DNA of 59,815 nucleotides, filler included, from Sphacelaria rigidula (Eukaryota), in the NCBI GenBank assembly GCA_964200075.2. It is 8 parts of 8 records of this genome, joined end to end, with 100 filler letters (N's around TTAATTAATTAA, not from the genome) between each part and the next. Parts side by side here need not be neighbours in the genome. Positions count along the whole stretch, not along the records: positions 7,491 to 14,880 come from CAXNAA020015136.1; positions 14,981 to 22,370 come from CAXNAA020015137.1; positions 22,471 to 29,860 come from CAXNAA020015138.1; 5 more parts are not named here. The stretch is one strand, 5' to 3'. The position numbers and the translations under genes are program-made. This document shows, in pieces, positions 11,193-24,528 of the stretch. The first letter of the stretch is position 1. Each line of letters starts with the position of its first letter. The notes beneath the pieces are model-generated. The model worked only from the letters and a program-made list of their open reading frames with translations, searched no databases and was not told the DNA's origin.

Positions 11193-11359
11193 GAAACCCA
11201 AAATTGGCAGTATAGAGTCATAGTGGGAAGGGAAAAAATGGGACTGTGCTCTGCTTGTTTTGCCCCTGTTTGTTTTGCGACTGCGCAGTGCCAACACAAG
11301 CACTCTACAGCCCCGTTTTTTTCCTTCCACTATGACCCTATACTTCCACGCTTGGTTTG
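11193..11359. repeat. Imperfect hairpin (~165 bp)
   Basis: GTATAGAGTCATAGTGGGAAGGGAAAAAATGGGACTGT pairs with ACAGCCCCGTTTTTTTCCTTCCACTATGACCCTATAC. Confidence 0.8.
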
Positions 11360-13251
11360 CCGTACGTGTCTAATGTTTGCCGGGAAAATGTCGGCAGCAG
11401 GAACTGCAGGAGACGAAGCGGTGGCACTTCGTATACGCGTTGGTGAATCGTTTGCTTCCGGTGCACCTTGTCGCTGCTTGATTTTGATATTAATCGGTCG
11501 CTCTTGTCCGTCTCAGCTTTCCTTCACTCCTCGGTATGAAATTCCAATCGGGGCTCAGTCGTCTCTTCTGCACAATGCGGCGGTGAAGACCATACACATG
11601 TACTTGTTTTTTTGTTGGGAAAAAAACACTCGCGTCGGCGTCTTCTCACGGTGCCGTCTTTCCGCCCACTATTGAGTATGTGTTGATATTGGCCAGCATA
11701 TTCTCACGGTAGCGCCGGGAATATGCTGTACATTTCGTTGGCCAATCCATCAAAATAACATCTACTGAGCCAGCCGTCCGTGCATGCTCCGTGAACATAT
11801 CTCGGAAAAACCCAAGAACCTGACAGATGAGTCTTGCAGAATTGGCGACGAAACACTCTTTGACTGAAAGTGATAAACGAAAAACGCCTAGGTATGGCGG
11901 ACGAATCCTTTTGCACTGAAGATAACACGATAAGAGAAGGTAAAGATGAGGTCAGAAGAGAAAAAAATTCGGGGCTCTCTGACATGGCTTAAACTGCAGG
12001 AACTTGCGCACCCGGAACTTCGCTGAAGTCTTCGGGGGAAATGCGGTGGAATGGGATAGCCTATGTCCTTAATTGACTACGGAATTTCTGTTCCTCAACA
12101 TTCCACTACCATGATGCACCTGCTCGCGTATCCGAGTGAAACAGCTGAATATGGGAACCTTTATGGCTCATCTCTCCCGATCATGACTTGTCTTGCGTGG
12201 AATACCTGAGGATAGAAATGTTAAAACCACCTCCCATCTCATCTCAAAGACCGTCGAAAATTGTGAGGGTACTACCTAGAGAGTAGGCTACAGCCTGTAA
12301 AGTGTATGCTTCTTCGGCTGAAAAGCACGGTGTGACGGTGCTATCAGGCCATAGTCCGACCCTCGCCAACACTTTGTGCTGGCAGCAGACTTGGCTGCGC
12401 GGCTTGCGCGCCGGCTCCGTTTTGAGGTTTGTTACAACTCTCAAGTGTGCAAAGCTCTGCAGGCTGCTCGATGCCCAGGTAGCGTGGTGTCTCTCGAGAC
12501 GACACAGGATCCAGACAAACCAGGGAGGTAGACAAAGAGTTAGCTCTAGCATAGGGCATAGATTGAAATCTGCTCAACAGATGTAGATGTGCGAGTATTT
12601 CTCCGCATACGTTACGCGCCAACCGGCACATATTCTACCGACTGCAGTCTCCACACGTACAACATGGGTGATGCGTGAACACAGTGCTACTGTGCTTTGA
12701 CCACGTAGAGGAATATATAAACAATTCCGTGACAGGTCTATCATTTGTGTGCAGTATAGGCCAAACCACGCGTGAGTAGCCCCTGCATCTGTGACTTACG
12801 AATTCTGTGCTCACATTGTTTCGCTGGCTATATAAACTACGCCAAGCAGCAAGAACAAAACACATGCTAATATGAAGCCGCAGTGTCCCCCGCTTGCGGC
12901 GGTGTCGGGCTCACGTTTAGTCTACAAAGCTGCCGCTGTGAAAAGTACGGATACAAATCAAGTCTTCCCGCTGCCTATACCCAGCCCATGACCTCAGCTT
13001 TCACGGTAACAACTTCATGTTGTGTCGATCGGCGCCCGGGCTTGCCTATTCGAAGCTTGCAGCCTTTTCGATTACTTATCTTCTGTTATCAGCGCATCGT
13101 GTGTAGCACAACGTTGTGACAGCTAAGCCACGTCATCCGCTACGGGTCCGTTTGCTCCGTGCGATGGCTTGAACGATAGCTAGAGACTGTGTGAGTGTTG
13201 TCCATGTGTTGCCGTGTCCATGCGGGGCTTGTGGGACGGATGCTGAACGCT

Positions 13252-13341
13252 GACGGATGTAACAGATTACGTCAACGTTGGCGGATGTAACAGAGTACGT
13301 CAACGTTGGCGGATGTAACACAATACGTCAACGTCGACGTA
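13252..13341. repeat. ~28-bp tandem repeat, about 3 copies (TACGTCAACGTTGGCGGATGTAACA...)
   Basis: Directly visible, with no unique spacers between units. Confidence 0.85.
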
Positions 13342-16300
13342 AATAGTAAGACCCTTACGAAACAGAACTCCACCGTGCAGCAATTTTCCATCGAATGAGC
13401 CGCCAGCGTATTTAGTACAGAGAAAGAGAGAGAGAGAGGGAGAGACGCACACGCACACGCACGTTGGCTTATCCATGAGTAACTTAACGAAAAAACATGA
13501 GAGCCTCCAATCAAACCCGAATCGGACAAATCGAGGACGAGAGAGCCGAGATATTGATTGATTGATTGAATGATTGTCGCACTTTAACTGACCCCTCAGG
13601 GGTCCACCCGTGGTCTCGTGATAATATGGTGACGAGAAATTACACCGCAAGACGACGTGAGACAGCTTTTAACTTTTTTTATTCGTATGTGTGTATATAT
13701 ATGTGTGTGCACAAGAAATGATTATGCGAAGGCGCGCCGATTTGCGATCTCAATAACTAGTTCCAACAAATTCACATTCGTTCTCGTTCTGCCACCGAGT
13801 GATGCGACGGTAGGGGTGCGCAAATATTTTCCGAGGTTAGAATTGTCAGGAGCCCTTTGTCTCATCCAAAACACGACTTATGGAGTATGTGAGAGTATGC
13901 CAAGATAAATATTCCAATGTGCTAGGAATATCCCGAATGAATTTGCAAACAGGGATGCCCTGACCCATATTCTTGTGCATCTAGACTCGTTGGGAGCCCG
14001 TGGAACAAACAAGATATTGCGCAAAAGGTACACGCCTATCGTAGCATTGCTCCACCCACTTTGTTTTTCGTCTTCAATTCCTTGGTTTGTTATTATTCGT
14101 AGAACACAACTGTAGGGTTTTCACCGTTCACGAACACGGAATGGATTTTTGGCCAAGTGTCGTGGTCTGATCACGAGGTGATACTGGCGTCACTCTCGTA
14201 GCACACGCCCGGCCCGGGGTGACACGAGGTCAGCGGCTGGCCACATTGAACAATCGCAGTTGAGAGGAATGACCCTTGAGCTTGTGAGTAACAGACCATC
14301 GAGTCCGATAAGCACTGCATCGCAAGGCCAAGCAGGGACTCACTTTCACGCGCAGAAGAGGTGCTCTTGACCTACTTGCAAGCGAGATGTCTCCAAGTGG
14401 TGGCTGATAACTCCGTTATCAATCAGTCTTAGCTAGGTAGGTAGCTAAACGAGGGTTGCTGGGTGACGGAAGTTGTGTGGGCGGTGAGCTCCGGTCAAGG
14501 ACGCCCAATTGGAATACAACACCCAACATGCGAATGGAATACGACCTATTGCACTTGCCACGCGTTCTGCAAAACGCCTACTACACATACAGTCGATATC
14601 TGCCGTAACACAAGCTACAATGCGAATGATAAAACCCACTCTCGATCAACGCTCTACTACTCTCAATCTAACCAAAACATTGACTGTTGATAAAGGGGGT
14701 GGGTCAAACTCGTCCCCTTTATCACGGTGGGGAATCAGGCATTTTACGTCATACCCACAATCTCATAAGTACTATAGACTAGGCGCGCGCGGGGGGGGAG
14801 AGGGGGGGGGGGGGGGGGTAACGATTGGTTTTTTGTGTTTGTGGTTTGGTGGGGTGTCGTCAAATTTTTCCCTCTCCCCCNNNNNNNNNNNNNNNNNNNN
14901 NNNNNNNNNNNNNNNNNNNNNNNNTTAATTAATTAANNNNNNNNNNNNNNNNNNNNNNNNNNNNNNNNNNNNNNNNNNNNATCCGCCTGCAAACGTTCAT
15001 GCAGCCTCTAGGCTGGCCCAGCTCGTAGTCCTAATCACCGCATATGTTCCCATGGAAAATGGCAAAGGATAAACATGATCCCAGGCGCCACAATCACATC
15101 ACATTCAGTATGGAGGGTTGAGTAACAAGCAAGATCTCCTCAAGAATGGGGTTCAACATCGCGGTGGGGTTCAACCTGCCTTTTTTGGATTTCGGGGATG
15201 TACAACGAAATAGCCGGTAAAACGAAAACAATTCCGAATCGTTTGTTTCTGTTTAAAGCTAAGCAGAGATGGCTAGGTGCACTCAGCCAATGCGGTGTAC
15301 GCATATGTCGATGACGATGCCACCAGAGGAGCAATGGCGCGGAGGTGAAACCCCTCGCCCATGTCCTTTGTGTGTCTTCGTTCGGCGATTATTAATCGCT
15401 GGAGAGATTTGCATCAGCTTACCACCACATACATACACATCTTGCCAACCTTTTCGTCAGCACAAGAGCGGCAGGTGGTTAGTTGGACAGGCCTAAACAA
15501 AAGAATGAGTTGCTGCATCTTGACTTGTGTAAGCGTGGCTTGTCTGTGGCGCTGACTAGTGCAGAGATCGCCCCCTTTCTGACTGTAGTTTTGTACTGAA
15601 CGTGTCTCTGTGCGCTACAAAGCACGTCGTCGAAAAGCGGGGTAGTGTCCTGTCACTACGATCCCCTTGCCATATACACACGTGCGAGCAATGACCGTGC
15701 CGCGAAGATCCTATCGCATATGGGAGGTGTTCTTATTATCGATGAGTTTTACCTTCGCTTAATAAGAGGACGGTTGTACACATACATCCGAAATGCAGGA
15801 ATGTAGTGGAAAACCATCGACCGCGGAGACTTTGTTGGCATGCAGAGTGCATGAAACACAGGTACCTTTGACAACTGCTGCTGGCATAGTCCACATCATG
15901 GGGGCTGACATAAAATCTGTGAGAATTTCCACACAAATGTTCCTTACAGCACAGCCGAGGTCGCCCGTATGCAACAATTTCGATTTTCTCTCGTTTCACC
16001 GGCTTTTCGGGGTTCTCATACTCCCGTTTCCGCCGGGGACCCAAATACAACGGCAACATCGGAAGGAATTGACGAGTACCAGGCACTGCCCACCCCGGAA
16101 TTTTCTTCACGAACACGAATGAAAAAATTGATTTCCCATATCTTCATAACGTGGCAATACATGGCTGCCGGCTTCATTCAGGGTTTCCCTCGTGAATCAG
16201 CCTATAGGTTCTGGATTTCAGAACCGAGTGACTTTGGCTCTGGTTGTGGTGTTAACGGCGACACCGTTGTACAAGTATACTGGGGTCATGGGCCGCTGGG

Positions 16301-17192
16301 TCACAGTGAGAGCCAGACACAGAGTTTGTCTAAGAAAAGCCGATGAGTAACGCGTAGGGACGGACCACTGCACGTCTCGCCGAACGGTGGTGGGAAATGT
16401 TTTGCGAACACCGGGTCATCATTCGATATCATTACTGTTATTTTTTCTTTCTGTGACTCGTCTTTTCTTTCCTGCTCCCGCTACAGTGCGGGCCGACCCA
16501 CCTTGCGAAACACATGCATGTATCGTGCTATGTTGTGTGTGCAATAAACAGATACTAACACCAGCGCTAAGCAACCGCGCTACAACCAAGAGCAGAAGCT
16601 GCTTTGTCATAGACGCAATAACTGTCAACTGTCAGCACTGTTGGAAACGGTGCCCTAACCTCCCCTAAAAAAAACGGCGTATGATCGGAAGGACTGACTC
16701 CCCTTACAACCCACTACCATACTGCACCCAACACGGCAGCAACATTCACCAGTGAACATCGATCTCGCTCAACCGGGCTTACGACTATTCTCTAATAAGT
16801 CACACCTTTCCCCTGTACAGGATAAGGGTATACGAGAGATCTACCCCCCCCCCCCCCCGGTCGCTCCCCCCGCCTATACTTTTGAACTAATACGGATTCT
16901 ACACAACTGTTTCCAAGCCAAGTACGGATTAATATCATCAGGCAGTGCCCAGACACTCTTGTCTTTTTCTGGAGAAATAGACAGTTACATGCGTGACACC
17001 TCCCTCATTGCCCCGACCCCGCTCTTCTCCTACCGATATTTGATATTCTCGGGCTACGGCTCCTGACGCGCGACCTTCTACGACCCTTACTCTGCCCTTA
17101 CTAAATAGGAAATAACTACCACTGTTTGAACCATTACTTTCAGCTCAACGATTATCCGGACCTTGATAGCTGCGGGAGTACGACTACTCTAA

Positions 17193-17803
17193 GGTGGTGC
17201 TCTGTAGGGTACGGTTTTCTGTATACCCGGGGTATTCTCCCGGGTGTTTCACAGTACCTTACAGTTCTGTGACCCATGTATGACTTCCATACTGGTACCC
17301 GACAGTTTGGTAAACTCTGTAAGACTTTCATACCGGTACCCGACAGCTCTGTACTCTCTGGAAGACTTTCGTACCCTTACCCGATAGTTCCGTGAGTTCT
17401 GTAAGCCTCCCGTACCGCTGCCGGGGGACACGGATATGCTCTTGATAAGATACCCGGTGGCGGGTAGGGTTTTCTGCGCAACGTCCATGCTCTATCCAAC
17501 AGTTTCTGTGAGTTCTGTAAGCCTCTCATACCCTTACCCGTTAGTTCTGTGATTTCTCTACAGAACTTTTACACGTACCGGGAGTGAGTATGCTCTTGAA
17601 GAAATCCCCGATTGCCGGTGCGGTTTTCTGTAAGCCTCGCATACTGTACCCTAAACGTTCTGTAATTTATGTAGACCTTCAAACTGGTATCCGACAATTT
17701 TGTCATTTCTGCAAGACTCTCATACCGGTATCCGATATTTCTGTAAGTTCTGCAAGGAATCTCGTACCCTACAGAACATGCGCGTACCCTGCAGAACACA
17801 ACC
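17193..17803. mobile_element. MITE with TIRs and an internal degenerate tandem array
   Basis: Left end GGTGGTGCTCTGTAGGGTACG; right end CGTACCCTGCAGAACACAACC (reverse complement). Internal repeats resemble GTTCTGTAAGCCTCTCATACCCTTACCCG. Confidence 0.75.
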
Positions 17804-20800
17804 GTGGACTACTCGTGCGCTTAGACGGTAACCGCCGAGTTGAAGAAAAAAAAGGATTGAAAATGAACTACCTACTCAAGTCGCAGGCAAAGGCGCTGCT
17901 CAACGCTGCTCAAAACGCTTCTCCGTCTCAGTGACTACTTTATGCAGGTGACGAGGGCGGACGGAAATATACCCGTTTCTTTCCAAAAGAAAACTCGGGA
18001 TTTTTTTCACCTCGTTTCTCTACAAGAGTCCACAAGTTTCGGCGTTCCACACATCTTCGAGCCGAAATCGAAATCATGTGTGGGGCACGTAAGAAGGAAG
18101 GCTGTGCCCATAACACAAACTACAAAGGAAGGGAAAACAAGAAACAATAAAAAGATGTCGAGGTTCGGGCTATCCACCGCCTGTTGGAATCACCAAATTC
18201 ACGACGTTTGAGGCCTGGTTGCTCGAAAGAGAGAAAAAAAACGACCACCGATCATACCGATCTCTATGCAATTATTGCGCCATCACATGCCTGGGGTGCG
18301 CGTAGCTTGGGTGCAACGCTCAACACAAGGTACACGGATTGAGTCGTACGGCACGAATCAAGCACACTAGAATTAAGGAATTTCCAGACGAATCGTTAAT
18401 TCGTTCGAACCTTGAAAGATATAGATGGCGACCAGTGAGTGACTCACAAGATAGGACGAGGGGGAGTTAAAAAAATAACATCAAGACTGACCGACCAACC
18501 AATGACACGAGATTTTAAACATGACAAAAAATAATACTCGGCCACGATCGTCTGACCGACAAGCATGACTCCAAAACAAAAACAACAACAACAAAAAATA
18601 TCTCAGCTAAGCAACCGCGGGAGCAGCGACTGACAGCAACAACACCGAAAACAACAAGCAGTAACAAAAATAACAACATAACTAAACCTCTCCGACTATT
18701 TCGCTACCGCGTGTGTGTGTTCCCTCCGGGGAAGAACTCGTCTTGAGCGGGAAAAAAAAAAAGGGACAACCCCTTCGTGATCATTGATGGTGACGGTCAA
18801 TCATCGTCCCATCACACGATGGACACATGAGCGTGTAACAGAACCAAACGACAGGTTGGACCCACCACACGTGGCACCACTAATGGTGAATGACTAAAAC
18901 ACGTTATTTCGGACAAAATACGCACAGAATACGCGACGCCACGCAAGCACCCACTTTTGTACCATTCCCACCAAGACAATAGACAACCAACTCATGAACG
19001 TTTCTTGTGCACACGAGGACTACCGAATGAAAACACACGACACAAAAAACACCGACACCGCACGTGCTACTGGCGATGAGTTCAACACGTCCGTTGTTTT
19101 GCTTCTGATCACATACACCATATACATGAACAGAGGAGTGTCTGTTCTCCGCTGCTCTTCAACGATACTTACAAATAGGACCACAAACACAACAAACTAG
19201 TACTGCCGAACACACCCCACAACTCGATATGCATCATCACAATATATAAAGTGAAAACGGCTGCGGGTCTGGGCTACATGCATCCATCACGCAGAAGTAC
19301 AACATGAAATTCTTGTCCTACGTACTATCAGTTGTCCTACGTAATACTACTGCCGTCCAATCGGTGATATTTTGTTGTCCCCAGAACCGGTGCAGAAACA
19401 TTTCCCGGCGAAGACACCGACGAAGACGAAAAATAGATCCGCCATGAAGCTAGCGCCCTCTCTCTCATCGAACCGAGCGACTTGATACCATTCCGCACAA
19501 TACACGACACCTGGCCGTTTTCTATGTGTTGATCAACGGACGGTACACAGCACAACAGGATATTCCAAAAAAACACTGAATAACGTCGACTACATTCAAT
19601 TCTCCTGCTGTGCTTTGCTCCACCATAAGTGCGCAAAAACGAAAATAGAACAGATCCATATATATATATATATATACGATATACACAGACACACACGCAC
19701 ACACACACGAGATGAGTTGGTTGATCCGTGGAGACAAGGGATTCGTCCCCAAGAACGTGGAAGGGGGGTGCTATTGCAATTATGGCAGAACGGAAACATA
19801 TACACACGTGCGCGAGCACGAACCATCAAACTCGTCGTGCATCCTCCTTACTGTACCAAAATGGACCAAAACATAAAACACCCGTACATAGTCCGAAGGT
19901 GATAAAAAAGCGGTAACTGTGAGCAGCTATCTTATGCTTGCGCGGCGGGACTACTAAACACCATCACCTGAAAGATAAATAAATAAATAACTTGGACTCT
20001 TTTGCGGTCAAGGGTGTAGCCCACACATTTCTTGTATTCTTCAACAAGTTCATTCAATAGAAATTTGCGCCTCTACAATTCTCACATGAAAAACCTGAGC
20101 CGGCGAAAACTGGAGGGTAAATGGTACATACGTATTTGCAACAACACATCATGGAAACACACGCATATACCTAAATGTGTATATCCCCCCAGTAATAGAA
20201 TAGTAGCGGGTGTACTCTTGTAGAGCATTCCGATCCAAACGGGCGGCACCGAAAAAAAAACGAAAGACTTCACGAGGTGAAGCATCACGCACCGCTATTG
20301 CCGCTACCAGCGCCACCATCACCACTCTCCTATCATCGAACACACACATACATGGTGCTGTTGTTTTTCTTGTTTGATAGTAACACATTTAACTGACTGT
20401 AATAATGAAGAACAAAAAAAAAAGTTACAAGAGGAGAAGACGAAGGCAAGAATTGAAAAGAACAGGGGGCGGGGCTCTCCCTGTCTGTGCTCTCTGAAAC
20501 GAGAAGAGACCAATTCCGTAGTCCCAAAACCTGCTCACACCGTAATGGCAGATAACAAGATTTTTTCACACGAACAACAACAACGGCCAACTGAACCGAT
20601 CATCATCGGGACGTAACCATAATAATAAACAACCATCTCTATTCATCTCTCGCTTTGTGTCGCTTTTCTGCCCCCCTTTTTTTTCTAGAACCGTCTGCAC
20701 ACTGCTGCTTGAAAAACCACTTCACTCCGCCCCCCCTACCGCTACTGACACCTCTTCATAAACCAGCACCTGTATATCTACAAACACATGTATATGTAGA

Positions 20801-21565
20801 TACAGGTCAAATCCTACCTACCCCCACCCCCGTTTCTTTCCTCCATCCAAGTCTTTCAACATTGGGCCCCCATTTCTAGCCTTCGTACCCTTAACTTGAC
20901 AAACCACCACCTGCATATCTTCATACGTAGATATATGTGCGTATACGTGAAACCCTCTCTGCTCCTTGTCCCCGTCTCTATCCTCCATTCGAGAAGGTTA
21001 ATCGACCATGCCAAGCCTTTGGATCCCTGAAAGCAAAGGACGTTCCCGAAAATACGCCCGTGCTCACCCACCCCTTTGGCTGTGCATTGCGAGTTGGCTG
21101 AGCGTATACATAAATGTCCGGACGGTACGCCATTTTTACGTGGCTGCCTCAAACATCGACACTCCCGCAGGGTGAACTGTATTTCTCACCCCTGTGTGAT
21201 CCATCTTTTGGGTGAACAAGAACACTCATCATCAGGGGAACAGCATGTAGAAATATAGGGGTGGAAACGTACCCTGCGTGCAGTTTAGAATAACGGGTGC
21301 CGAAATGGCGTCGAATTCGCCGAATCTCATCACCTTAAGAGGGGGTGGTGTAGGGCGTGGTAGACACCGTACCGGTGATACTCTCCGAACTTTACGATGA
21401 CCTACCCCCCGCTATAATTCCTGCCCCTCCGCTCTTCCAAGAAAAACTACAGTTTCGTGCGTAGGGTATCCCACCCCCCTATGACTATGACATGCAAGAT
21501 CACGAGTACACTCTCTCCCCTCACCCGTGCTCGAGAATACCATCGTCTTCCCTCTTTCCCAGTGT

Positions 21566-22280
21566 GGGGACGTAGTAATTTTTTGCTTGCCTTAGTGATT
21601 TGACCATCGACCACTCATCCCCTCCGAGCCGGAGAACCGTTACTACTCCTCCTACAGACACCTCCAAAGTTTGGGCGCTCATCACGTTATTTCCGTACAT
21701 TCATCGCACGAAAGCTCTTGATTTCTTAGCCCTTTTCTGTTTCGCCGTCTGTGGCCATCATCTACATCGGTCTATAGCGATCGTTTTCTCGCTATTGCCT
21801 GATGTACCAAACGATTTCATGCCACCGTCGCTAGCTTCCCACATTCCCCCCTGATATACAACTATTTCTCAGTGTGGGGGTGTACTCATGATCTTGCATG
21901 CCATAGTATCCCAGTATGGGGAGGGGGGGGCGGTTGGGCTTGATATATTCCGATATCACCCCTTGATCATGGTCAAAACTGCTTAATGTCTACCCCAGGC
22001 TGCTGCCCCTCTCGCGCCCCCCTTCCCTTTCCCCCCTCCCCCTTTCACGGCGCCAGGGTGAAGGCCACCACCCCGCGCTCGGTGGCTCAAAGTCACAGGT
22101 AACCTCTCACAAAATGTGTACTCCAGAATACGTGAAGAAACGTCCAGTTTGGGGTAAGAAACCTGGGCACGTTTGTTACCTCCTCCCACCCCCCCCCTCC
22201 CCCTCTCCTGCTCCGTCTCGAAAGGGATGCGTGGTCAATGGTCAAACGACTAAGGCAAGCAACAAATGAGTACGCCCCCC
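21566..22280. mobile_element. TIR-bounded non-autonomous element or nest (GGGGYGTACTCAT terminal family)
   Basis: The ~65-bp ends are inverted: TGCTTGCCTTAGTGATTTGACCATCGACCAC versus GTGGTCAATGGTCAAACGACTAAGGCAAGCA. Further copies lie at 39780-40045 and 44782-44838. Confidence 0.7.
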
Positions 22281-22282
22281 CG

Positions 22283-22327
<45 letters not shown>

Positions 22328-22470
22328 ACCCCCACACATCCCGGCAGCCAGAGGGGTTGGAGCGGTCGGGNNNNNNNNNNNNNNNNNNNNNNNNNNNNNN
22401 NNNNNNNNNNNNNNTTAATTAATTAANNNNNNNNNNNNNNNNNNNNNNNNNNNNNNNNNNNNNNNNNNNN

Positions 22471-22537
22471 ATCGAACCCTCCAACTCAACCATCAGAAGG
22501 TGACGAGGTTACCAACTGAGCCACCGGGGCGACCGGC
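22471..22537 (-). mobile_element. tRNA-derived SINE head, cut by the scaffold end
   Basis: Minus strand reads GCCGGTCGCCCCGG-TGGCTCAGTTGG (A box) ... GGTTCGAT (B box). The anticodon arm is not canonical. Confidence 0.7.
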
Positions 22538-24189
22538 AGCAGTGGGTAAAATTGGAATTTACACAGCGCAGACGATGCAATGATCCAATAGTGTAGACGA
22601 TACCCGGATAACAGTACAGGTTTGTTGGTACCCTTGGAGTACTGCTTCGGAAACGGAAACGAGACAGCAAATTTCGAACGAAATATATTTTATATGTGAA
22701 GGTGGGCAGAGGTCGTACATACTGACCCATGTGCTTCGAAAAATTCTCGTTTCTTCCTCCTGTGTGCAGCTGTGACGGTCTGACACAACACAGCTCTCAT
22801 ACCGCCCATGTCCTACAATGCCGTCAAGTTGATTACTGCGTGTGGTACGTCGGGTACTCTGCTGTACTTGCGTGATGTAGAGGTAACTGCTCCTGCTGGT
22901 CGACCTTTTCCCCAAACTATTTCTCAGTATCGTTGAGGCCTTCACATTAGATCTAGTACACACTTTATTTTTTCTGAACGCGGACATGGGTAAACGAGAA
23001 TGTCTCCACCAATACCCGTTGCACGACGCACACATGAAGCCCACACTGGTCAGGCACATGAATGTAGAGCTACTCGCTACCATTCCAAACATCATGTTAT
23101 ATCTAGATAAGACGGCGTGCTCAATCCCAGCTCAGCAACGCTCCAGCTAGGTTCCGCAGGTCGCAAGACTGATGTTGCCCTGTCCGCGGTCTCCGGTGGT
23201 ACTTCAATCCGGTTGTCACTAAGTAATACGTTTTCCCAGAGGCGATTCATCATCTAGACAACAACCATGCCGATGGTGCTTACGAAAGGCGCTCACTCAT
23301 CATTCGCATTTATAGCACCCTACTGTTACCGTGCCGTACCGTACGTTAACGTGCCGTAGGTATCGGAATAACCGAGGGTGCTAGTAAAACGTCAACATCT
23401 GCACCGTGCGTTCTTCCCAACATGGCGTTTGCGGTACAAGTGCAACACTCCACCGTATTCTCACACATACCTTTTGAAGTCGCCGGGCCATTTTTGAGCG
23501 CTTTTAGCTTGCTGTGGTCTCTAAATATCCCCGGCTACTCGCTCGCGACAATGCCCCGCCCCCCTTTTCTCCCTGCAACCCTGTTGGAATTCCCTGCCCC
23601 CGTCTGATGTCGGTCTTTTGATGGGTCAGAGTCAGGGAATACAGGTTGACTGCGCGAAGCGGTGGGCGAGAGAGCTTTTGATGATCGTGCCTTTTTATTG
23701 AAACAAGAAATTTGAAGGTTTCAAAGGTTGCGCCCGTGACGTTCAGACCCGCGGTCAATAACATGTCGAGAAGAACATAAGGTTGTTGGCCATCCGATTC
23801 ACAATAATGTGTTTAGAAGGCTCGTTGTGGACGTTTTTTTATCACATAACTTAAAGCTGCATTGCACGTAAATGGGTGATGCTCAGCGGTAGTAGTAGTA
23901 TTTCAGAGGGAAGGATAGAGAAATAACCGATGACCATGCACTGCAGGGGTAGCGACCTCATATCCCTCGATCAAACAAAGATGTCCTCGATATTTTCGTG
24001 CCATCAATCAGCATGGATAATCTTGTTGCTCTCATTTCGGCGGCCCTGTCCAGAGAAGCCCTAGATGGCGTATTCGCGTCGGTAGTAAGTCAGTACTATC
24101 TGTACTGTGGAAGTAGAAGTAGCAGTGGTGGTGAAGGAAGCACTATATGAATGAGTACGGGGCCTACACAAACCTTAAAGCGTCATTAT

Positions 24190-24405
24190 CATATGGGCTC
24201 AGAAACGTTGCGAGATATTCTAAAATGTGCGGGTCTGCTATTAATGGTAGATCCTGGGTTCCGCAATGCGTTGTACCGCGCTTGATATTGCCATTATTAT
24301 GGCAATGTGGCCACAAGCCGCCCCTACCCTGTCACTTGCTGGCTTGCTTTTTAACTTTTTAGCTTCTGCTACCCTGGCACCACCGCCACGCTCTGCTCCT
24401 AGAGC
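24190..24405. repeat. Diverged direct repeat, second copy at ~27484-27650
   Basis: Shared GGCTCAGAAACGTTGCGAGATATTCT...CCTGGGTTCCG...GCAATGTG.CCACAAGCC.CCCCTA.CCTG. Confidence 0.85.
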
Positions 24406-24528
24406 TCGTCAATGTGACACAACCACAGCTGGTCATGGTGACACAATCACATATGCTCGCGATGTATGTGCCTTATCGTCGGGTTTGTCATCAACCCCTG
24501 GATCTTCGATACCGAGATACAATGATCA

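Noticed and set aside
13252..13341. CRISPR-like array (also considered at 17193-17803 and 41500-41965)
   Set aside because: Units are contiguous or wholly degenerate with no unique spacers. There are no cas genes and the context is eukaryotic.
13927..14027. Possible + strand exon NIPNEFANRDALTHILVHLDSLGARGTNKILRK
   Set aside because: The donor is weak, the next candidate exon has an in-frame stop, and no homology was recognised.
22093..22426. Poly-Gly/poly-Pro and other low-complexity ORFs in the track (also 2906, 4150, 29905, 38581, 43289)
   Set aside because: They are translations of homopolymers and microsatellites.
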